The position numbers were made by a program, and so were the translations under genes. Below are positions 10,101-20,126 of a DNA stretch of 37,893 bases, piece after piece. Under the pieces are notes generated by a model that saw only the letters and a list, made by a program, of their open reading frames with translations, was not told where the DNA came from and ran no database searches. The first letter of the stretch is position 1. Each line of letters begins with the position of its first letter. This DNA comes from an uncultured virus (IMG/VR IMGVR_UViG_3300003690_003362) (Duplodnaviria; Heunggongvirae; Uroviricota; Caudoviricetes). The DNA lies in IMG/VR virus record IMGVR_UViG_3300003690_003362; one strand, written 5' to 3'.

Positions 10101-10217
10101 TTTATTATCAAATCTTAAAGCAATACTAACATCGGCAGTATTTTCTAAATCGCCTGATGTATTTAATTCAATACTTTCAAAAAATGGTGGTGGTATTTGT
10201 TGTTTATACATAACCAT
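7110..10217 (-). CDS. Hypothetical virion structural protein (1035 aa)
   Basis: Long ORF, TAATG-coupled at both ends within the baseplate operon; no family recognised. Confidence 0.75.
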   Translation of the reverse strand: MVMYKQQIPPPFFESIELNTSGDLENTADVSIALRFDNKEAKDNFLKSSIRDKLRVSIVRFSHPAMKQKYIDNDRFDKDLAAAARNYGRFLNTDLNSAEVKICTTERYFPGQDPNTVIIRESFPIDKESRDLDFAAVAYYDFGLEESEVYTKNLILRNSSIVKERVINKGTRVEEAVVYTIQEETGSPVDARSIESSEGICVWKGEVHYHSPENPAPDGYVGWMAGPRSRMGPKLNRNTVPNTTVRDYTIFDYLSTIDLSPKERRKIPEYKNAYVSPLCLTRDDIGNCKGWFTINFEELVKDNCYFPRLITKQTLGLSRITNIEINRTSRTNAKKKLIVSSEQVDDFVLVANNTTSFMEIDRVTEEYTKEVITGYITELTGKLHIPDNSAQHNLSQRTFAMTDYSMQEEKEGIHTYDLEISFKDGTITWLGQIIRKLEGGVVNLLQYYNDLEDVLNRGQKINFRQQPYTISNKGPWQYSIETVVELLSAFSTIETERIQEQLYLLICPQTGTLVGVEKMLDFLRKTISMLKSSLFGIIKDSATIAGKARLLKSNRTASGNRPPSAIIINHVFAETFDATNNGDIGYVYLNTTLSGVDSPGLSTLSMNNYISLADRETLKYFPIETVQSNAVSAGNSQDDLSFTKLSFLTPNSIKLPGATFEVATHVNNKSVNLLNPGDYLNVLMDVLSYKENGTFATSKVQLSERTSTSGFQRLSSGTKTADRAADDTDTVLEDRANCIPETNQELLLLGAHTKYALSHTLSFLGIQVTEDHESEFHKISSGTRILQTDVLSPSDSEVSNSNDELETEDDTKISNLFTNSVDASKILFPLMTSHLNLQDSSLMMCRLINIKDTAKRKFLPNQYKAIYLADAGIRTNNNWTDGIENINNLSFFYLMNKNLTTVEVFRGFRSGFVSLPIWERLTQSHMNDAMNNNKQYILCRLRRGYSGMPGIIKDDTILNYIPIQDECFLIDVSKKSVATTTNRPQIATRSQLDRLEKNPLLRVQTALIRTEEKNIDRNVVAPNRNVVAPNRGGNY
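7125..7171. repeat. 21-nt tandem duplication encoding RNVVAPN x2 at the C-terminus
   Basis: tctattgggagcaaccacatt / tctattgggagcgaccacatt, one mismatch. Confidence 0.95.
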
Positions 10218-11584
10218 TATTCATCACACTCCGGAATTGTATCTTCTTGGGACGGTCCATAAACTGAATTTATTGAAAAATCACTTTGTTGTTCATTTTT
10301 ACATTCTGCTGGATCTGTTATAAATAGACCTTTCTTTTTAACTGTGGGCTTTACTTTACACATTAAATTGTTATCAATGTCACTATCAATCCAAATATTA
10401 AAATAATGTTCTACAAAAGAATTATCTAAATCTTGTAATTGCAATTGCAATTCTTGTTCTTGGGCAATTAATTGTTCATCAAGATTTTTTAAAAGACCCT
10501 TTTCATCTACTAAAGTTAATACTGGTTTTAAAAAGGATAAAGGAATTAATTCTTCCTCCACGTTTCTACCAACCTCTTGATTTTTTTCGATCTTAAAAAC
10601 TTCTATATCAAAATTTTCTTTTAAGAACGGTACATGCTCTTCGTTTATTTCTAAAACAATACAATCTTCATCAAAATATATGGATGTGCCATCTGGATAT
10701 ATATGTCTATTATCATGTATTTCTTGGAAAGCTCTTAATTTATATTTCGATGTATCTGGTTTTGTTGTTTTAATAGAGGGGCCAATATAAGATTCATAAA
10801 CTACATCGATATTTACTTGCGGGATTTTAAGATAAGGGTGCATCGAAGAAGTTGACATTTCTACTGAACCAGTTATTTCTCCATAAAGCATTCTAAGATC
10901 CCAGGCGGGAGCAAAACCAGTATCATAATCACAGAGTCCCAAAGGAAGAGGTAAAGCATTTGCAGCAAAAACTGGATGTGGATATTGATGTTCAGTTATA
11001 ATTCCTGGCGAGCGAAATACTGTCGGTGTGTCAGGAATATATTCTCCTTGTGTGGTTGTTTGCACATCATCGCACTGGGTTTTTGGTGCAATACCTGTAG
11101 CCTCAACGAGGGCGTTGAAGAGTTCGTCCTTTTCTTGTTGTGTCATCCACTCACTAAAATAAGCGTTGCCCTCAAGGTGAAAAGAGGTTCCAAATCCCTC
11201 GGCTTCATACGCAAGGTAATTCTCGGAGGAGACAAGGGCGATACGACAGACTTTTTGTTCAACCACAACATCTAGGCCATATGTGCCGGGAGGTGCTGGT
11301 GTGATTTCTTGTCCTGGCAATTCCATAACAACTTCTTGTGTTATATGTTTTGGAAATTCTCCTCCTCTAAATTGATATTGTGTTTTAAGTCTTGGTACCT
11401 CTTTGATTCTTTTTTTAGTTTCATTTTGTATTTCTGTAACATTTGCATAGCTTGAATCATATAAAACACCATCATCAAAAAAAGCATAATATTCTGGTTT
11501 GAATTTGCCTTTAGAAAGCAAAAGTTCTCCAAAGGGTGTTAATTCTATATCTAATACATCTTCTTTTTTATTAAAGAATTCCAT
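10217..11584 (-). CDS. Phage structural protein (455 aa); N-terminus paralogous to 2432-3493
   Basis: MEFFNKKEDVLDIELTPFGELLLSKGKFKPEYYAFFDDGVLYD shares the LD..LT..G....KG..K...F..DD...Y pattern. Confidence 0.65.
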   Translation of the reverse strand: MEFFNKKEDVLDIELTPFGELLLSKGKFKPEYYAFFDDGVLYDSSYANVTEIQNETKKRIKEVPRLKTQYQFRGGEFPKHITQEVVMELPGQEITPAPPGTYGLDVVVEQKVCRIALVSSENYLAYEAEGFGTSFHLEGNAYFSEWMTQQEKDELFNALVEATGIAPKTQCDDVQTTTQGEYIPDTPTVFRSPGIITEHQYPHPVFAANALPLPLGLCDYDTGFAPAWDLRMLYGEITGSVEMSTSSMHPYLKIPQVNIDVVYESYIGPSIKTTKPDTSKYKLRAFQEIHDNRHIYPDGTSIYFDEDCIVLEINEEHVPFLKENFDIEVFKIEKNQEVGRNVEEELIPLSFLKPVLTLVDEKGLLKNLDEQLIAQEQELQLQLQDLDNSFVEHYFNIWIDSDIDNNLMCKVKPTVKKKGLFITDPAECKNEQQSDFSINSVYGPSQEDTIPECDE

Positions 11585-11586
11585 TA

Positions 11587-14500
11587 TTACATGCCCTTCT
11601 CTGGTTCATCTAAATCTATTTTAGATATTTGTTTAATTTCTTTTTCTGAATCTGTTTCTATTTCCATATCTTTGTTCCTATCAAATTTGATTTCTGTTTC
11701 TATTTTTGCTAATTCAACTAAGGAGCAAAAATCGTATGGCCAGTTATAACTATATAATGAATCCGAAGTATCATCTTGATAATCTGCTGTTGCGTCAAAA
11801 TAATTAACTTTTGCTTTCTGTTTTACCTTAAAAACAATCCAATGTAAATTTGGATTTTTTAGATCTTTTTCACTTAATAAATTATCTTTTCCTAGTTTAT
11901 GACCTATGGTTTTTTCATCTACTTTAAATTCAGTTCCAATATCGGGTGGCAAGTTTTGCCATATATCAGCAATATCTTGTTGACTAAATTCATGCTCAAA
12001 TTCAAAAATATACATCGAAAACGGCTTAATCTTTTTAGAATTATTAACTTTTATCTGCGTTAAGAAATCAAATCTCGGAGGAATAACATATCGTTTCATT
12101 GCGCTTACCATATCGTATATTGATTTTGTACAAGATTTTTGGACATCTTCATAAGATAATCCTTTATCTATTGCTGTGCTCGCCTTAATAACTTGATTTT
12201 TATACAAATTAATAAATATTGTTTGTATACCACCAGTTTTTTTATCAACCTTTTTAACAAAAGGTATTGCAACTATAGCTTCGCGCATCGTTCTTTCCTT
12301 ATCTAACGGAAGTTGGCCAAGTTTAGTTAGTCCAGTCTTAAATCCTACAAGATCTGCTAAAGAACCAGTTAATACATCAGCATCTGGAATATCAACTATT
12401 CCTAAGAAGATACCTTTTGAACCATCTGTCTCAATCGTGCCATATTGGTGCCACATTCCTTTAGCGGACGCATTACCACTAGAAGGAGAAGTTTTAGATA
12501 CATCAGTAAAGTTTAACATGGGGGTTTCAAATCTAGGCTGTATGGTCCAAACAGTAGAAAGATCCGGATCTTTGGTTGGATCTATAATTGTCTTTCCAAA
12601 AACATTGATTGATGCGGTAATGTGCATGGCATTGTCATAATTTGTACTTGCCCCGGCGAGTACTCTAAAATATGTTTTTGTGGAGTTCGCTAATATTTCA
12701 TCCAAAGTATATTCATCAGAACCCTCGGTACCAAACCTTGCAGCAACTGTATGTTTCCATGGAGTAAACGCTAATTCAACGTGCGCATACCCAGTGGTAC
12801 TATCAACATTATAATAAGGAGGAGTAAACGGCGCATAATCTCCGCCGCTGCTTCCTTTATCAACTGTTGGGCCAAATGCGCTGGCGCGATTGTACATAGA
12901 AAAAATTCTTGGCTCTGCGCGCATTACCATAGTATCTGTCAAAACAATTCTCATTTTATAAATTTCTTTGGCAGGATCAACAGTATATGGACCGGTTTTA
13001 GAAACAAGCTTTGTCATAGACGAGCCCTTTAAAAAGAAGCTAATGGATTCTGCAAGGAAATTATGCATTGCTAATTTATATGTTTTGCTTTTCATTTGAT
13101 TTAATTTTACACTACCAGTTGCTGCATTTATTGTATACCGTGCATGCGGATCTGGCTCTGCTTCAAAAAGTGTAACTTCACCGAGGGCCGTACCTAAATA
13201 TTTTTCTGGTTGAACCAGTCCATCAAAAGGAATTCTTCTATCAAACGATTGTGTCAAGCGATAAGGATTGAGAGTGTTCACGTTCCCGGTGTTTCCAAGC
13301 CAATATGGATTAGAGGGTTGACTAGTATAAATTGGCCAATCAACAGCAACACCAGATTTAATCGTATTATATAATATCCCTGGTGCGAAAAATGGCGCTA
13401 AAGAAATTCTTCGTTTCACATCAGTCATACCAGTACTATCGGTATAAGATGAATTAAATAAACTAGCTAGCTGTAATGTTCTAGATGCTGGATAAAAACC
13501 ATCATAAGGTATAAATTTCTTTACAGCTTTACACGTAAAAGATATTTCAGTAGGACTAGCAAACCCGTCATGATCTTCCCGTATTGTAGAAAAATGTTTT
13601 AGAAAATCTGAATGTGCGTAGGTCTTGAAAAATCCTGCTTCATCGCTAGCTGCATGATTCGAGCCAGTTAATGTCAAAAATCCTGAGTTTGCTTTGACAA
13701 AAAAGTTTTCTGCTTTCTCATCTAAATAAAACCCCATTTGATCACTAATTCTAAACTCTGGAATTATTGAATAGTCTTTCGCCACTCGTCTAATATCCTC
13801 AGAGAAATTTGAATAAGAATCATAAAATGGGTTTTTACCTGATTGTGAACCAGCTTCCCACTTAGTATCGCCATAAATAAGATTAGTAGCACTAGAACTT
13901 ATAGGTCTAGCATAAATTGCACCTGGAACTATTCCATTATGGCCTCCATGATATATCACATAATTGTTTTGCAATTCCCCTGCCCCATCTTGACCACCTG
14001 TTAAAGGAGCGGCGGTTGCAAAATTTTCTCGCGCATCAAGTGGCCAAATGCTATGGCTAGAAATGGTTTTATTTTGTGTATTAACAATATTTGTTTGACT
14101 TCTATTGGAATGAGCGTCTCTCCAAAAATCAACAACATAATTTTTGCGCGTTCTTGTTTTAGATAAAAATACATTTATTTCTCTTGGCCAAATTGATTCT
14201 TTGTGATAAATATTAGATAAATTAATTGTATTATCTGCAGCTGCTCCAAGATAAGTCAATTTTAATTTATCATAAGTTTCTTTTCCGGGTGTTTTATAGA
14301 ATCCTAATTTTTTATTTAAATCTGAATGGGCAAAAGTAGATAAATTATTTCCATACGTATGTTTAAGGACAACCGGCTTTTTGGATCCTATGGGCTTAAA
14401 AATGTGTACCATTGGAGAATATCTTGAAGTTATAGGCGGCTCATTATATTGATAAAGTTTTCTATCACTTTCATAATATAAAGAAGAAGTATTGTTAGAT

Positions 14501-17500
14501 CTTTGTCGTCTAGCAATAGGGTGTTGAGCCCCTCTAATCTGTTTCCAGGATGGCCAACCATATGGGCCTTGACGATGTAAAATCAAACCATTAAGATCTT
14601 CAGGCTGTGTAATTGATAAAATACTAGTATTTCTATAATCTCCACTTGAAGCGCTCAAAGTATTTGATGCAGCATCAAGTGGGTCATAAATTAACGTATT
14701 GAGACCGGCAAAGTCAACCATTATGTCGGATGCACCAATCATACTAGAAGTCAAGAAAGATATATCATCAGAAGCTCTACTGGCATATATAGGATTTGGT
14801 CGACTAAAACTAATCATTGGAGAGGTTATAGAAGCGCTTATCCATGAATATTGGCCATCACTTTGAGGTAGCGCATGTTGAACCCAATAATTATCATATA
14901 CTGTACCAGTAACAAAATCTTCTGCACCAGAATCGCCATTATATCCAGTAGTGCCAACAAATTTTATTTTTTGACGAGCATTTCTATTAATTTTATAGTG
15001 GGAGCCTGAACCCTCATAATTTAAAGAACTAACTGTTGTTGCTGTTCCACCATATGAGGCATTTGCTTGAAAACCAGAATCTATAGCCAATTGCCAACTA
15101 GAAGAATATTGAGTATCACTATAAAAACCAAACGGATTAACATGATTTGTTAAGATTTCATTGTTTAAAAGTCTAACTGATAAATTTCTGTAAGGTAAAG
15201 CATTATATGGAGACAATTCGCCAGATTCAAGATCCAAAAAAGAAGCAGCTAATTCTGGGCCTCCAGGGGCGCCAAATCTTTCAGTAAAAATATATTTATT
15301 TTTATTACTAGATCGATCAATTGTAGTAAAATTAGATACTTTTTCAATCGGAAGAGTAGCAGAATCTGGTTTTTGTTCAGTTAACCAAGTAATATAATTT
15401 CCTTCATTTTTAACGAATGTCCTATTGTTGACCGATCTTCCAGAAGTTTGTACAATCTCATAATCACGACTATAATTTCCTATTTTAGTAACACCCGAAG
15501 GATCATGAGGGCCCCCAGAGCCAGTAGTTGCTCTAATGTTTTCTATATTAACAGGGCGTTTTGGTCCTTTCCAAAACATTGAACGCGGATTATGCACTGA
15601 AGCAGAAGTTGGTGATTTGAAAACTGCATATTTTCCACTACTATCTTCTTCAAAGATAATTAACCAACCTTCCAAACGATTAGCTCTAGTATCCGGATTT
15701 CCATTAAAATTAAATTGGCTTGAAACATGCCTATAAGGAAGGCCGCCAACCCATTTTTCAGTAAATGGGCCTTGTAAAGGTACTTCATAATTTGGAGCAT
15801 AAACATCTTGATGTAAATTGGCAAAATCAACACCATAGCCTCCTCCAGTTCCTGTTAGCTCAGAAACAAGTATGCTGTTATATCCTGTATCAACAGAAGA
15901 AGAATATAAACTAAATGGGGAAGCTAATTTGCTATTTAAACCAGCAGTATATCCAACATTATCTGTGCCCCTAAGTTCAATTTTTCCAGATTTAGTATAT
16001 CTTCTTTTTTTCTTTTCTGGTCTTTTAATATCTCTAGTTGCTTTACTATAGTTGTCCTCTTTTACAATTGCATCACTAATTTCTAGCCCAGCATTTGTAT
16101 CATCAGTAACATTATTAATTAAGGTTCTAAAAAATGTAGTCTTTTTGTTTAAATGTGCATTTACGCCTGAACGCAAAGGAGTATCCATTGAAATACCAAA
16201 ATTATATGTATTGGTTCCGCCGAAGGGCGCGCCTGTCCGTATTACTGCTTTAAAAATTTTCTGTCTAGCATTATCTATTGTTGCGTCACCAGACGAAATA
16301 GATTCTTCTGTTCTATCTAAACTAAATTTTTTCATTCCTTCTTGAGGAGCAGGAGCTGAAGATCCTTTAACCATTTGATTTCGAACCGAATACCCCATGG
16401 TTTTAGTAACAGAAGTTTGATTAACTGAGGCTCGGGCAATAGAAGTGTGTCTTATTGTTGGATTTCCCTGTGAAAGTTTTATATCGCCTAAATTACTACC
16501 AATATCTCCATCCGATGGAAGTCTGCCCTTTCCATCGAATTGGCGACTTGCAAAGTCTAATGTTGGAAATTTATTCCAATACTTATTTCTCTCCAAAATG
16601 TGACTTTCAATCATATTTCGAAGTCTTTCTCCAAAGCGCGCAGAACCTGGAACTAATTGATATACCATAGCAGAAATGGCAGAATCAATCCATTTATAAT
16701 AATCAATAAATTTTTCAAAATCCGGATATACTATATCGCCAGGTTCATCTACATATTTTTCAAAATACAATTGTCTTAATTTGCCAAGAGTTTTATAATT
16801 TTGTCTATAGCGATGAACTGGTTCGCCTATCAAATTGTTAAAATCTACTATCGTAGCAAACAATTTTAACATTTCTTCAGAAATAGTTTGATACATGCTT
16901 TTTTCAAGGGCGAAAAAATGTGTCACAGGAAGAGTAGTGCTTTTAAAAATAGTATCATCGCGCTTCATTATTTTTACTAAATCCTCAGAATGTAAATTTT
17001 CCGGTAAATTTTGTTGCGCTGAAAAAATATATTCTTTTGATATTGAATTAGTATCGAATGGCAAAAAGAAATCGCCTCGACCAGTATGCTGGGCGTCGAC
17101 TACTCTTCCAATTTTAGCATAATCACCTATAGAATCAGGTGCTTTTGCAATCACTGAATCGGAAGAGCCAGAAGACATATCCGTAACAGTAAATTTAGCA
17201 TCCGAAGTAGTAGTTAGTCCGTCACTACTATCTCCAGATCCAGTTATTCCAGTAAAATCCCAATGTAATGCTAAAGTTTCTATTTGAGGAATATGAGGTA
17301 TTTTTGAGGGCGCGCCATTTTCTTCTGGTAATAGAATTTCAAATAAATACGCAGGCCTATATGGATGTAATCTGCCATAATTATGTGGATCTTTAGAGTG
17401 TGCTTTAATGGTTTCATTATCCAGATAATCTAGCCAACATCTAAGAGAAGAAAAACTAACATCTGTTTGGTCTAAAAGTGTACCAGTAAAATTTGTTCTA

Positions 17501-20121
17501 TGTGAGCCCGCATATACTCTTTTAGAGCTAGATAAGAACGCTTCACCTTGTGCCTTAGATAATGTACCTGTCAATAAGAATTCATTACTTATAATATCTA
17601 AATCAGAATTTACACCATAAAACTCTACTATATAAGAGGTTGTATATGTATTTGGTGTGCCATTATCAGCCGATTCTAACGAACCTGATACATATGCAGC
17701 TAACGGATGTTTATTTGGTTTTAGTCTTACGGCAAAATTCCATTTTGAATTATCGTAAACATTTCTAAAAACACTACTTGTTAACTCTGGAAAATGTCCT
17801 CCAGCGGATCCTGTTAATTTAAAATATGCATCTTTGGCTGTGTAGCCCAAGCCACCGAGGACGGATTCGTTAAGTGTTTTTCGCATTGCATAAACTTGAA
17901 AGTTTGCTTCATCCGGGTCGTTCCATGTAGTATCAGCTAGTTTGGCCACGTCAATTACTCTGGGTTGTTCTGCTGTGTGCATTCCAAATAGAGAAGAAGT
18001 CAAAGAACTATAAAATTTATGACCTTCGTTTCTCATGCTTGTTTTTTTAGGAAAAATGATTTCAGCTTCTGTTGTAAACGGCAAAGCATAGTTTGAAGAA
18101 CCAGATATATCTAAAGCGCCAGAAATATATGAAACTGAATTTGCATTAGTACTAGAAGTAAATTGATATACTGTGGCTGAATAACGATCTGGATGAGTAA
18201 AATCAACACAATTTTTATTTATTGTAGTGGATGTATAATTATTTTCAATTGGAAAAGTAACATTATGTCCATATAAATTTAACTTAACTAATTCTTTATC
18301 AACGCCAAAGCATCTAATAAGGTTCCTGATAGATTTTTCTGTACCTTTAGACTTATAGATATTAACAAGTACATTATAAATATTTTGATAAATAAAGTTT
18401 TTTACATCGTAAAGCTTTTCTTCAAATAGTTCTTTTTCGCTTCTGTTTAAAAATTGTTCTAAAACATTTGCATCTGCAAATAATTCTGTAATTAAAAATC
18501 CTTTCGATTCCAAAGCTTGAGATATAAAAGGATAAGGCTTATAATAACTTCCAGTGGGATAATTAATATTTTTAATTTTTGGCAATTCGTTTATTTGAAG
18601 TTGTAAAGTGTCAAAATAACTGGCCAATATTTGAATTAATTTTTTAAGTTCTTTACTAGAATCGTCATTTATGATCCAAGCCGGGAGTGAATTATAAATT
18701 GACGCGGCATTGCCATAATCGTATTGTTTTCCTTCAGCTATAGAAGAAATTAAATAAGAATCGACATCTGGGTGAGTCGGATATAAAATGGGATCTTTAA
18801 ATTCTGAAGAAGCAGAGGCTTCATTGCTTAAAACTATCGCTGAATCAGTACTTCGTACTTCTGTTGTATAATTGACAATTGTGCCATTACTAACTCTACC
18901 AGAATAATCTAAAACATTTGCATCCAGCGTGGTATCAGTTGATATTCCTTCATTAAATTTATAATATATTCCCAAATGAGTATTTGAATCATCAGTATTT
19001 GTGCCTGCTCCAACTGGAGCAAACCAATACCTTCCAATTTGTTCAGGTGTTCTAGCAACTTTCCAAAATCTAAATTCATCTAAAGAGGCAGAAAGTGGTC
19101 CATCTCCTAAAGTTGGAATTGTGGTACCAGATGGTGCTGATGATAGCGCACCTATTGTTGCGTACATTCCTCCACTGACATAATCAACTGTGGCTGTGGC
19201 ACCTTGAGGCATTGTAAAAGTAGAACCAGTAATTGTATCATTGCAGTTTCCATCGATGTATAATCTTGCTTGTAAGTTGCTTCCACTATTTTCAAATACA
19301 AAAGCATAGTGATGCCAATTATTATCCATAACTGTGGTTTCAGTGACACTTTGTCCAATTGAGGCCGTAGAAAAACCATAAGTTCCGGAAAGATATGTAA
19401 TTAGCCAAGGAGAAGTAGAAGAATCGACTCCTTCCAATTCAATTCGTAAACGACCATAACCGGACGTAAGAGAATTATCATTTGAAGCATTAACTGTATA
19501 GGTGTCAAAAACAACTTCTTTATAAGCATTTGGAACATGTTGAGCCTTTTTCATCCAAAACTCTACAGTATTTCCATCAGCACCATCTATTTTAATATTT
19601 GATTCTCGATTTTCACTTAAATCTAGATAATTTGAATAGCCGCTCTTATAATCACCACTAGTGTTTAAAGGTTCTTTTCCTTTTTCGCGCGAGCTTGGAT
19701 GAGGACCGCCGCGAAAAATAATATATTGTGAAGCAGAGCCTCTTCCATATTGGTTAGAAAGCGAACTTAGTGTACCAGAATCTAAATTAATAAACCCATT
19801 TGTTCTTGGATATTCATTTTCGAAAATATAATTATCGAAGTAAGATGATGTCAAATGCCATGCGGTTTTTTCATACAATGAGCCATCATATGGATACGTT
19901 TGATATATTCTTTTAATGGTATCTTCATAATATTGTTCCGCAGAACCAAAAAAAGCAAAATTAGACGCACTAGTAAAGTCTGTGTGAGGAACAAACCGTT
20001 GTCTTTGTTCAGAATAAACTTTAACATGATCTAATGATTCAGCATCTTTTTCCAGCGCAGCTGCATCACTAGTATTTACAATTGTAGGGTCATTATCGTA
20101 AAAATATTTTTTTGTATCCAT
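11587..20121 (-). CDS. Giant baseplate wedge-like protein (2844 aa) with LamG/concanavalin-A-like domains
   Basis: LamG motifs TVEFWMK...DNNWHHYAFVF...LYIDG...LDEFRFWKVARTPEQI...YYKFNEG. Wedge motif IYKSKGTEKSIRNLIRCFG resembles T4 gp7/P2 gpI. Lies downstream of gp25-gp6. Confidence 0.75.
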   Translation of the reverse strand: MDTKKYFYDNDPTIVNTSDAAALEKDAESLDHVKVYSEQRQRFVPHTDFTSASNFAFFGSAEQYYEDTIKRIYQTYPYDGSLYEKTAWHLTSSYFDNYIFENEYPRTNGFINLDSGTLSSLSNQYGRGSASQYIIFRGGPHPSSREKGKEPLNTSGDYKSGYSNYLDLSENRESNIKIDGADGNTVEFWMKKAQHVPNAYKEVVFDTYTVNASNDNSLTSGYGRLRIELEGVDSSTSPWLITYLSGTYGFSTASIGQSVTETTVMDNNWHHYAFVFENSGSNLQARLYIDGNCNDTITGSTFTMPQGATATVDYVSGGMYATIGALSSAPSGTTIPTLGDGPLSASLDEFRFWKVARTPEQIGRYWFAPVGAGTNTDDSNTHLGIYYKFNEGISTDTTLDANVLDYSGRVSNGTIVNYTTEVRSTDSAIVLSNEASASSEFKDPILYPTHPDVDSYLISSIAEGKQYDYGNAASIYNSLPAWIINDDSSKELKKLIQILASYFDTLQLQINELPKIKNINYPTGSYYKPYPFISQALESKGFLITELFADANVLEQFLNRSEKELFEEKLYDVKNFIYQNIYNVLVNIYKSKGTEKSIRNLIRCFGVDKELVKLNLYGHNVTFPIENNYTSTTINKNCVDFTHPDRYSATVYQFTSSTNANSVSYISGALDISGSSNYALPFTTEAEIIFPKKTSMRNEGHKFYSSLTSSLFGMHTAEQPRVIDVAKLADTTWNDPDEANFQVYAMRKTLNESVLGGLGYTAKDAYFKLTGSAGGHFPELTSSVFRNVYDNSKWNFAVRLKPNKHPLAAYVSGSLESADNGTPNTYTTSYIVEFYGVNSDLDIISNEFLLTGTLSKAQGEAFLSSSKRVYAGSHRTNFTGTLLDQTDVSFSSLRCWLDYLDNETIKAHSKDPHNYGRLHPYRPAYLFEILLPEENGAPSKIPHIPQIETLALHWDFTGITGSGDSSDGLTTTSDAKFTVTDMSSGSSDSVIAKAPDSIGDYAKIGRVVDAQHTGRGDFFLPFDTNSISKEYIFSAQQNLPENLHSEDLVKIMKRDDTIFKSTTLPVTHFFALEKSMYQTISEEMLKLFATIVDFNNLIGEPVHRYRQNYKTLGKLRQLYFEKYVDEPGDIVYPDFEKFIDYYKWIDSAISAMVYQLVPGSARFGERLRNMIESHILERNKYWNKFPTLDFASRQFDGKGRLPSDGDIGSNLGDIKLSQGNPTIRHTSIARASVNQTSVTKTMGYSVRNQMVKGSSAPAPQEGMKKFSLDRTEESISSGDATIDNARQKIFKAVIRTGAPFGGTNTYNFGISMDTPLRSGVNAHLNKKTTFFRTLINNVTDDTNAGLEISDAIVKEDNYSKATRDIKRPEKKKRRYTKSGKIELRGTDNVGYTAGLNSKLASPFSLYSSSVDTGYNSILVSELTGTGGGYGVDFANLHQDVYAPNYEVPLQGPFTEKWVGGLPYRHVSSQFNFNGNPDTRANRLEGWLIIFEEDSSGKYAVFKSPTSASVHNPRSMFWKGPKRPVNIENIRATTGSGGPHDPSGVTKIGNYSRDYEIVQTSGRSVNNRTFVKNEGNYITWLTEQKPDSATLPIEKVSNFTTIDRSSNKNKYIFTERFGAPGGPELAASFLDLESGELSPYNALPYRNLSVRLLNNEILTNHVNPFGFYSDTQYSSSWQLAIDSGFQANASYGGTATTVSSLNYEGSGSHYKINRNARQKIKFVGTTGYNGDSGAEDFVTGTVYDNYWVQHALPQSDGQYSWISASITSPMISFSRPNPIYASRASDDISFLTSSMIGASDIMVDFAGLNTLIYDPLDAASNTLSASSGDYRNTSILSITQPEDLNGLILHRQGPYGWPSWKQIRGAQHPIARRQRSNNTSSLYYESDRKLYQYNEPPITSRYSPMVHIFKPIGSKKPVVLKHTYGNNLSTFAHSDLNKKLGFYKTPGKETYDKLKLTYLGAAADNTINLSNIYHKESIWPREINVFLSKTRTRKNYVVDFWRDAHSNRSQTNIVNTQNKTISSHSIWPLDARENFATAAPLTGGQDGAGELQNNYVIYHGGHNGIVPGAIYARPISSSATNLIYGDTKWEAGSQSGKNPFYDSYSNFSEDIRRVAKDYSIIPEFRISDQMGFYLDEKAENFFVKANSGFLTLTGSNHAASDEAGFFKTYAHSDFLKHFSTIREDHDGFASPTEISFTCKAVKKFIPYDGFYPASRTLQLASLFNSSYTDSTGMTDVKRRISLAPFFAPGILYNTIKSGVAVDWPIYTSQPSNPYWLGNTGNVNTLNPYRLTQSFDRRIPFDGLVQPEKYLGTALGEVTLFEAEPDPHARYTINAATGSVKLNQMKSKTYKLAMHNFLAESISFFLKGSSMTKLVSKTGPYTVDPAKEIYKMRIVLTDTMVMRAEPRIFSMYNRASAFGPTVDKGSSGGDYAPFTPPYYNVDSTTGYAHVELAFTPWKHTVAARFGTEGSDEYTLDEILANSTKTYFRVLAGASTNYDNAMHITASINVFGKTIIDPTKDPDLSTVWTIQPRFETPMLNFTDVSKTSPSSGNASAKGMWHQYGTIETDGSKGIFLGIVDIPDADVLTGSLADLVGFKTGLTKLGQLPLDKERTMREAIVAIPFVKKVDKKTGGIQTIFINLYKNQVIKASTAIDKGLSYEDVQKSCTKSIYDMVSAMKRYVIPPRFDFLTQIKVNNSKKIKPFSMYIFEFEHEFSQQDIADIWQNLPPDIGTEFKVDEKTIGHKLGKDNLLSEKDLKNPNLHWIVFKVKQKAKVNYFDATADYQDDTSDSLYSYNWPYDFCSLVELAKIETEIKFDRNKDMEIETDSEKEIKQISKIDLDEPEKGM

Positions 20122-20126
20122 AGGTT

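Noticed and set aside
15490..15506. acacccgaaggRtca shared with about 3760 (peptide DPSGV)
   Set aside because: Only about 15 nt with a mismatch; compatible with chance.
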